Shown here: in pieces, positions 14,503-20,000 of the stretch
Numbering within the stretch: the first letter of the stretch is position 1
Layout of the letters: each line of letters begins with the position of its first letter
DNA from: an uncultured virus (IMG/VR IMGVR_UViG_3300024059_000003)
Lineage: Duplodnaviria; Heunggongvirae; Uroviricota; Caudoviricetes
Direction: 5' to 3' (one strand)
Virus record (IMG/VR): IMGVR_UViG_3300024059_000003
Span: 56,269-76,268 of that record
DNA: 20,000 nt
The notes under the pieces: generated by a model
What the model was told of the DNA's origin: nothing
The model's input: the letters and a program-made list of their open reading frames with translations, nothing else
The model's database searches: none
Program-made: the position numbers and the translations under genes

Positions 14503-14982
14503 ATGGGAAAAGAAAGAAACTTAGTGTGGATAGCAATAGAGCTTGTTCTTCACCATGACTACGATGAAAAGATACTACCAGAAACATTGTTTATGAATGT
14601 TCACTATCCTGGTAGTGACAAAGAGTTTATAGAGGTCTATCCTTTAGGCTCTGCAGCATATAAAGTTTTTGATAAAGGTATGATATTACCAGAATCATTT
14701 GGATACCCTGTTAAGCCATTTCTTATTGATGATGATGGAATGACAGTTGTTTATCCTGATGAGATAGGTTATTTTGATAACCCAAGAACTGATGATGAGT
14801 ATGAAATGTTTACAAGTAAGCAGATGAACATCATTTTACAAGACTTTGATGGTATATGTGAACTACTTGTTTATGAAGAGGAACTAGAAGATAACTTTAT
14901 ACAACCTATATACATAGGTGATGATAGTTTGGTTGTAATAAGAGGACTAACGCCCAATGATGATGATGATGAGGCGGACTAA
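14503..14982 (+). CDS. Hypothetical acidic protein
   Basis: 159-aa ORF starting 1 nt after the upstream stop. Confidence 0.75.
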   Translation: MGKERNLVWIAIELVLHHDYDEKILPETLFMNVHYPGSDKEFIEVYPLGSAAYKVFDKGMILPESFGYPVKPFLIDDDGMTVVYPDEIGYFDNPRTDDEYEMFTSKQMNIILQDFDGICELLVYEEELEDNFIQPIYIGDDSLVVIRGLTPNDDDDEAD

Positions 14983-14992
14983 AAACAATATT

Positions 14993-15232
14993 ATGAGTAA
15001 GAAAGAAGAGTTTTATGACTATGTTTGTAACTCGTGTGATGCAAATTATACGAGCAATGAACATGAGACTGAATGTTTCTATTGTGGTGAAAACACAATA
15101 ATGATTCAGGTTAAAAGGCCAAATATAATTAGAGTTAGAAAGAAAACAGCACGTCAGGAGCTTGATGAAGCTCTTGATGCTATGTCTAGCCCTGATTTTG
15201 ATTGGGATTACGCAATAAATAAATCAAGATAA
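14993..15232 (+). CDS. Zinc-ribbon-containing small protein (79 aa)
   Basis: Start reassigned to the ATG at 14993 (MSKKEEFYDYVCNSC...CFYCGE). It has two CxxC pairs. Confidence 0.7.
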   Translation: MSKKEEFYDYVCNSCDANYTSNEHETECFYCGENTIMIQVKRPNIIRVRKKTARQELDEALDAMSSPDFDWDYAINKSR

Positions 15233-15234
15233 AT

Positions 15235-15354
15235 ATGGGACTAGAAGAAAGAGCAAAAAGAAGACAAGCATTTCAGAGATGGATGCTTATGATCAATAAT
15301 AAATATATTAAAGACGAGAAACAGATGCTAGCAGCATACAAAAAAATCAAATAA
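15235..15354 (+). CDS. Hypothetical basic microprotein (39 aa)
   Basis: Not in the ORF track: MGLEERAKRRQAFQRWMLMINNKYIKDEKQMLAAYKKIK*. It fills the gap exactly, 2 nt from each neighbour. Confidence 0.65.
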   Translation: MGLEERAKRRQAFQRWMLMINNKYIKDEKQMLAAYKKIK

Positions 15355-15356
15355 TT

Positions 15357-15923
15357 ATGGGAGTAGATATATACGGTAGAAAAACAGACTGGAAAGGTGA
15401 AAGACCAGAGATAGACTGGAATGAAGACCACACAGAAGAAGCTAAAGACGAATTCTTTAAACTATTACATGAGTTTGAAGAGAACAATCCTGGATACTAT
15501 TTCAGGAGTAACTGGTGGGGCTGGAGACCAATAGTAATGCTAAGTGAGATAGCAGCAGCAAACGAAGGACTAGAGATAGACTTTAAGTATTGGGGCTCTA
15601 ATGATGGTAGTGGACTAGAGACACAAGAACAATGTAACAAACTTGCTGATGCAATTGAGAAACTTATAGCAACAGATGGTGGATTTGTAGAAGACTTTGA
15701 CACATTGTATGTTAACATGGGATCATGGACTAATTCACAAGGAGGTTTTGTAGACGAAGCTATAAAAGAAGAGTTAAACAAGACACTACCTGAAGGTAGA
15801 GTTGCGTTTACAGGAATTGTGCATGATGAAGGTGTATTCTATCCATCACATAGTGCAGATAAAAGACACATAGATAATTTTATCGAGTTTTTACGTGATT
15901 GTAATGGCTTTACTATTTGGTAA
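15357..15923 (+). CDS. Hypothetical phage protein
   Basis: 188 aa with MGVDIYG, YFRSNWWGWRP and FIEFLRDCNGFTIW segments that look like conserved motifs. No function can be assigned. Confidence 0.8.
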   Translation: MGVDIYGRKTDWKGERPEIDWNEDHTEEAKDEFFKLLHEFEENNPGYYFRSNWWGWRPIVMLSEIAAANEGLEIDFKYWGSNDGSGLETQEQCNKLADAIEKLIATDGGFVEDFDTLYVNMGSWTNSQGGFVDEAIKEELNKTLPEGRVAFTGIVHDEGVFYPSHSADKRHIDNFIEFLRDCNGFTIW

Positions 15924-15929
15924 TATAAC

Positions 15930-15937
15930 TAAATTTG
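15930..15937 (+). promoter_or_regulatory. Possible Bacteroidota -7 promoter element upstream of the polB cluster
   Basis: TAAATTTG matches TAnnTTTG in the intergenic gap, about 31 nt before the ATG at 15969. There is no correctly spaced TTTG upstream. Confidence 0.35.
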
Positions 15938-15968
15938 TTATTTTTGTAAAACAATTCACACACACATA

Positions 15969-16166
15969 ATGAAATTCATAACCTTTCTAATTAGATGGAT
16001 AAGTCAACAGCTGGCTATACCATTCTGGATAGTTGGACACATACATTTGTCTATTCATAACTGGCATGACCTATACGAAATACTAAGTAGTGTAGGTCTG
16101 CATATAATTGTAGGCATTGGGTTCTATTTAGACTATAAAGACTATAAAGACCAACCGGATGTGTAG
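15969..16166 (+). CDS. Small membrane protein (two hydrophobic segments, His-rich)
   Basis: 65 aa with hydrophobic stretches LAIPFWIVGHIHLSI and ILSSVGLHIIVGIGFYL. Confidence 0.65.
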   Translation: MKFITFLIRWISQQLAIPFWIVGHIHLSIHNWHDLYEILSSVGLHIIVGIGFYLDYKDYKDQPDV

Positions 16167-16302
16167 ACCTATTATCAAATGTAGTAGATGTGATGAAACA
16201 TTCTGTACAGGTTTAGATTACAGATGGCATTACGATAAGCACTTAGATGAGTGGTGGAAAGCAGAAGATAAACATAAATATATAAAACAAACAACACAAT
16301 GA
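16159..16302 (+). CDS. C2H2 zinc-finger microprotein (47 aa)
   Basis: Not in the ORF track: MCRPIIKCSRCDETFCTGLDYRWHYDKHLDEWWKAEDKHKYIKQTTQ*. It matches C-x2-C-x3-F-x8-H-x3-H, and its stop overlaps the polB start (ATGA at 16299-16302). Confidence 0.7.
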   Translation: MCRPIIKCSRCDETFCTGLDYRWHYDKHLDEWWKAEDKHKYIKQTTQ

Positions 16303-18263
16303 TTGAAGACATAATTATTTATGATATAGAAACCATGCAGGAGTGTTTTATAGTTGTATGTATGCAACCAGGTAAGACACCTAAGAGCTTTACTGTCAGC
16401 AATTGGCAGAACCAACTAGATGCATTTGTTAAATATACAGATGAACACAAGGATGCACATTGGGTGGGTTACAACAACCTACGCTTTGATGCTCAGGTAG
16501 TTGAATGGATACTTAGAAACTATGAGCACTGGCATGATTGTACAGGACTAGAGATATGTGCTAAGATTGCACAGAAGGCTCAGGATGTTATACATGATGC
16601 TAACTATGATGTGTTTCCGGAGTATAGAGAATGGGAACTATCGCTTAAGCAGCTGGATCTGTTTAAGATACATCACTATGATAACAAGAACAGGCGTGTT
16701 AGTCTGAAGAGGTTAGAGTTTGAGATGGACTTAGAGAACATCGAAGAGATGCCTATACATCATACTAAGACAAACATGACTAAGGATGAAGTATTTCAGA
16801 CACTGCAGTATTGTTTTAATGATGTAGATGCAACCTATGAATTCTATAAGGTAACAATAGGTGAGACGGACCACCCATTATACAAGGGTAACAACCAGAT
16901 ACAACTAAGGCTTGATATACAAGATGAGTTTGGTATAGATTGTTTAAACTACTCAGACAGTAAGATTGGTGATGAGATCATTAAGAAGTATTACTGTCAT
17001 GAGAAGAACATTGATATCAAAGAGTTACCAAGAAAAGGCTTCTTTAGGAAGAGCATTGCATTGAAGAACTGCGTTGCACACTATGTTAAGTTTGAAACAG
17101 AACAGCTGAAGACATTCCTTAAGAACATTAAATCAATAACACTTGGACTTCAGGATGACTTTAAAGAGCACATAAACTTCTACGACAATGTATATTCGTT
17201 TATGCGTGGTGGTTTGCATACAGAAAACAAACCAGCAATATTTGAGGCTGATGAAGATTACGAAATCATTGACTGGGATGTAGCTAGTTACTATCCTGCT
17301 ATTATTATTAACAACGGTAAGTATCCTGCACACTTGGGTAAGCAATTCTTATTCGGATATAAAGAAATGTACGAGAAGAGACTAGCTTTAAAACAAAGTG
17401 GGGCCAAGGATGCTAAGACAATGGGTATTATAGGTGCACTTAAGCTTGCAGTTAACTCTGTATACGGTAAGTCATCTGACATGCTTTCATGGATCTACGA
17501 TAGGCAGTTAACTATGTTCACTACAATTACTGGTGAGCTTAGCTTGATGATGCTTATAGAACAGTACGAACTGAATGGCATACATGTGATATCTGCTAAC
17601 ACGGATGGTGTAACTGTAAAGGTTAAGAAAGATCTTATACCTAAGATGTACGAAGTTAATAAAGAGTGGGAAGAAACTACTCAATACATACTAGAGAGAA
17701 CTGATTACAGTAAAATTATATTCTCTACGGTTAATGACTATATAGCTATCACACCAGATGGTTATATCAAGAAGAAAGGGGACTTCCTAACAGACTTTGA
17801 ACTTCATAAGAACAAATCTGCTAGGATTGTACCTCTTGCTCTTGAACAGTATTATGTAAACGGTACTAATGTAAGAGATACTATTAAACAGCACAAGAAT
17901 CTATTTGACTTCTGTATAAGAAAGAAAGCCTCAAAGGACTTCTTCTTTGAAGGGATACATAGAACTACAGGTGACAACACTAAGTATAACAAACTAATTA
18001 GGTATTATGTATCACAGTCAGGTGAGAAGATATACAAGGTTAGAAAAGAGGAGTCTACTAGTAAAGCTGTTAAGAGATCTCAAGCAGAAGCTGGTGATTG
18101 GTTATGTACTGTTTGTAATTATCTTCCTGATAACTCAGTTTTAGATAACGTCAACTATACATATTATATACATAAGGCTGAGAAGCTAATAAGTAAGATT
18201 AAAAGTGGTGGTAAGAGAATAAAAGTAAAAGTAGCACCTAACCAATTAGATTTATTCGCATGA
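16299..18263 (+). CDS. polB: Family B DNA polymerase with 3'-5' exonuclease domain
   Basis: Exo I YDIET, Exo II GYNNLRFD, Exo III YCFNDV, motif A DWDVASYYP, motif B KLAVNSVYG and motif C SANTDG. Confidence 0.93.
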   Translation: MIEDIIIYDIETMQECFIVVCMQPGKTPKSFTVSNWQNQLDAFVKYTDEHKDAHWVGYNNLRFDAQVVEWILRNYEHWHDCTGLEICAKIAQKAQDVIHDANYDVFPEYREWELSLKQLDLFKIHHYDNKNRRVSLKRLEFEMDLENIEEMPIHHTKTNMTKDEVFQTLQYCFNDVDATYEFYKVTIGETDHPLYKGNNQIQLRLDIQDEFGIDCLNYSDSKIGDEIIKKYYCHEKNIDIKELPRKGFFRKSIALKNCVAHYVKFETEQLKTFLKNIKSITLGLQDDFKEHINFYDNVYSFMRGGLHTENKPAIFEADEDYEIIDWDVASYYPAIIINNGKYPAHLGKQFLFGYKEMYEKRLALKQSGAKDAKTMGIIGALKLAVNSVYGKSSDMLSWIYDRQLTMFTTITGELSLMMLIEQYELNGIHVISANTDGVTVKVKKDLIPKMYEVNKEWEETTQYILERTDYSKIIFSTVNDYIAITPDGYIKKKGDFLTDFELHKNKSARIVPLALEQYYVNGTNVRDTIKQHKNLFDFCIRKKASKDFFFEGIHRTTGDNTKYNKLIRYYVSQSGEKIYKVRKEESTSKAVKRSQAEAGDWLCTVCNYLPDNSVLDNVNYTYYIHKAEKLISKIKSGGKRIKVKVAPNQLDLFA

Positions 18264-18517
18264 AAAAGAAAGTAAATAGAAGTAATGTCATGAGACATTT
18301 GATTGAGTATCAATTAGATATGGTCGGTAAACGATTAGTTGATACTCTTGATGATGACAAGTGGTATTTTAACTGGACAATGACTAGTGTCCAACGCATA
18401 GAGTTTAATAAATACGCAATTCAAACTATGAAGAAAGTCTTTAAGTTTAATACAAACAAAGCTAAGGACTCTCTTGTATGGTTTCATCAACAATTCGGAT
18501 TAAGAATCAAAGATTAA
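18260..18517 (+). CDS. Hypothetical protein coupled to polB
   Basis: 85 aa with an ATGA overlap with the polB stop. Confidence 0.75.
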   Translation: MKKKVNRSNVMRHLIEYQLDMVGKRLVDTLDDDKWYFNWTMTSVQRIEFNKYAIQTMKKVFKFNTNKAKDSLVWFHQQFGLRIKD

Positions 18518-18542
18518 TATTAATAATTAAAATCAAGTAAAA

Positions 18543-18785
18543 ATGGAAATTTCAACAATTCAAGTAGTAATCGCAATCGTAGCAATAGTTGCTATATTTG
18601 TAGGAGTAAGAGGAGTAAACAAGACTCCAAAGAAGATTGTAGCACCTAAAGCTACAAAACCTCGAAGAGGTAGACCAAAAGGTAGTAAGAATAAGACTGC
18701 TAAAGTGGTAGTTAGTAAACCAAAGCGTGGAAGAGGCAGACCTAAAGGTTCTAAAAACAAGCCAAAGAATGTCAAAGTTAATTAA
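18543..18785 (+). CDS. Membrane-anchored protein with two AT-hook motifs
   Basis: Hydrophobic N-terminus IQVVIAIVAIVAIFVGV, followed by KPRRGRPKGSKNK and KRGRGRPKGSKNK. Confidence 0.75.
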   Translation: MEISTIQVVIAIVAIVAIFVGVRGVNKTPKKIVAPKATKPRRGRPKGSKNKTAKVVVSKPKRGRGRPKGSKNKPKNVKVN

Positions 18786-18993
18786 CGAAGACTGGGAACA
18801 TGCAGCATATGCTAATGATGAAGTGTATGCTGCAGAACGCCAGTATCTGATGGAACTAGAACATCAGCAGTGGGAACACGAGCAAGCTAAGAAGAAACAG
18901 AAGCCTGCAATTATTAAACTATCAAAACCAATTAAAGATGAAGCTACATATAACCCCAGAAAAGTTCGAGGAGCTCATCAAGAAAAGCTATAG
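18769..18993 (+). CDS. Hypothetical protein (74 aa)
   Basis: Start reassigned to the ATG at 18769 (MSKLINEDWEH...), which minimises overlap with the AT-hook gene. Confidence 0.55.
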   Translation: MSKLINEDWEHAAYANDEVYAAERQYLMELEHQQWEHEQAKKKQKPAIIKLSKPIKDEATYNPRKVRGAHQEKL

Positions 18994-19567
18994 TTTAGAC
19001 ATTATCTATTTACTTAAATTGATTGAGGCAGAGTATGACGTAGAACCTCTCTATGAGAATAGTATACGTATCTCTGCCATCTATCAATCACTTAGACGAA
19101 AAGGACTAATAGCTGAAGATGAGAACAAACTAACTACAGTGGGACAAGACTTGCTTAAGTACTTACATCCAGAAGAAACTAAAAGAAAGTTCGTAAAGAG
19201 AAAACCTCAGGCCACAGCATTTGAAGAGTGGTGGAAAACATATCCTGGTACTGATACATTTAGTTATGAAGGTAAGAAGTTCAGGGGAACAAGGGCTCTG
19301 CGTAAAGACAAGCAGGCCTGTAAGATTAAGTTCGATGCAATATTATTAGAGGGAGACTATACATCTGATCAACTAGTACAAGCTCTAAGATACGAACTTG
19401 AGCAAAAAGTATTGATGTCAATGAAAACTAAACAAAACAGACTTACATTTATGCAGAACAGTCTAACTTATCTGAATCAGAGAACCTATGAGGCTTTTAT
19501 AGAACTTATAGATGAACAAGGTTCAGACCAAGGAGGCAGTGTACCAAGTGGGTCTACAGATATATAA
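18938..19567 (+). CDS. Putative replication initiator / replisome-organizer-like protein
   Basis: N-terminal wHTH-like segment (YQSLRRKGLI...KLTTVGQDLL), then the FEEWWKTYP motif and the C-terminal FMQNSLTYLNQRTYE motif, resembling phage replisome-organizer C-terminal domains. Confidence 0.6.
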   Translation: MKLHITPEKFEELIKKSYSLDIIYLLKLIEAEYDVEPLYENSIRISAIYQSLRRKGLIAEDENKLTTVGQDLLKYLHPEETKRKFVKRKPQATAFEEWWKTYPGTDTFSYEGKKFRGTRALRKDKQACKIKFDAILLEGDYTSDQLVQALRYELEQKVLMSMKTKQNRLTFMQNSLTYLNQRTYEAFIELIDEQGSDQGGSVPSGSTDI

Positions 19568-19577
19568 ATTAAATAAC

Positions 19578-19859
19578 ATGGGTAAAAAGAAGAGTTTGTG
19601 GAGAAAAAATAGATACGGAAAGTGGTATAAACTTAAGGAACCTGAAGGTAAAACAGTTAAGTTTATACCTTGTGACGAAGATAAACAAGTATATAGCTGG
19701 AGTAGAACTAACAAGAAGGCTACAGAGAACTTCAACAGTGGACCAACAGGTGCAATTTGGAGGAAAGAAAGAGGGCCTGTACATGAGTATTTAAACAGAG
19801 ATAAAGAGGAACAAGCAGAACAAAAGGGACCAGACTTAAAGGATGACTACCCTTTCTAA
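19578..19859 (+). CDS. Hypothetical protein (93 aa)
   Basis: Start reassigned to the ATG at 19578 (MGKKKSLWRKNRYGKWY...). It ends in an acidic DDYPF tail. Confidence 0.6.
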   Translation: MGKKKSLWRKNRYGKWYKLKEPEGKTVKFIPCDEDKQVYSWSRTNKKATENFNSGPTGAIWRKERGPVHEYLNRDKEEQAEQKGPDLKDDYPF

Positions 19860-19869
19860 AAATAAATAA

Positions 19870-19998
19870 ATGGAAGCAATTAAAACAGCTACTAAGTGGA
19901 AAATTAGAGCTAAAAAAGATCGGAAAAACAGAACATTAATTAACTTAAAAAACAAGCTAATACTTTGGTGGTTAAACATGATAGATCAACTTGAATAA
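19870..19998 (+). CDS. Hypothetical basic microprotein (42 aa)
   Basis: Not in the ORF track: MEAIKTATKWKIRAKKDRKNRTLINLKNKLILWWLNMIDQLE*. It has an A-rich leader. Confidence 0.55.
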   Translation: MEAIKTATKWKIRAKKDRKNRTLINLKNKLILWWLNMIDQLE

Positions 19999-20000
19999 AA

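Noticed and set aside
14957..14972. (ATG)5 microsatellite giving an MMMMM start
   Set aside because: It is the poly-Asp tail of the upstream gene read in another frame. The likely start is at 14993.
2629..18263. Introns or inteins in terL, capsid, portal or polB
   Set aside because: The ORFs are continuous and of ordinary length, with no visible intein or homing-endonuclease motifs.
12230..19784. Minus-strand ORFs at 12230, 12462, 14226, 15497, 16230, 17133, 17291, 18560, 19523 and 19569, and the nested plus-strand ORF at 12578
   Set aside because: They are antisense or out-of-frame to coherent plus-strand genes, or run across structured non-coding DNA, and show no protein-like motifs.
1..20000. 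Stop-codon reassignment (TAG or TGA), known in some Crassvirales
   Set aside because: All long genes are uninterrupted in the standard code. TAG and TGA end genes at positions that abut or overlap the next start (e.g. 14499-14501 and the ATGA overlaps).

Overview
This is a fragment of a tailed dsDNA phage genome with Crassvirales (crAss-like) gene content and order. It is AT-rich, reads in the standard genetic code, and most likely infects Bacteroidota (TTTG-N19..21-TAnnTTTG promoters, A-rich leaders without Shine-Dalgarno sites). The minus strand (1-12130) carries the capsid/packaging module. In transcription order it is: wHTH protein, HU/IHF-like protein, Cys-rich protein, three small ORFs, large terminase, portal, acidic scaffold-like protein, major capsid protein and three further conserved structural-block genes, the last running off the window edge. 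The coding strand switches at about 12131-12477, in a region rich in hairpins, C/G tracts and short repeats. The plus strand (12478-20000) carries many small genes, several missing from the ORF track, interleaved with base-paired non-coding elements. It also encodes a 3D-domain cell-wall enzyme, a family B DNA polymerase, a membrane-anchored AT-hook protein and a replication-initiator-like protein. The best leads are the structured RNAs sharing a GTGCAGG(G)TTACC motif, a possibly bistable RNA after the capsid gene, a leader motif shared by the two genes flanking the capsid gene, the membrane-anchored double AT-hook protein and a classical C2H2 zinc-finger microprotein coupled to polB. All family assignments come from motif recognition and gene order; no database search or folding program was run.
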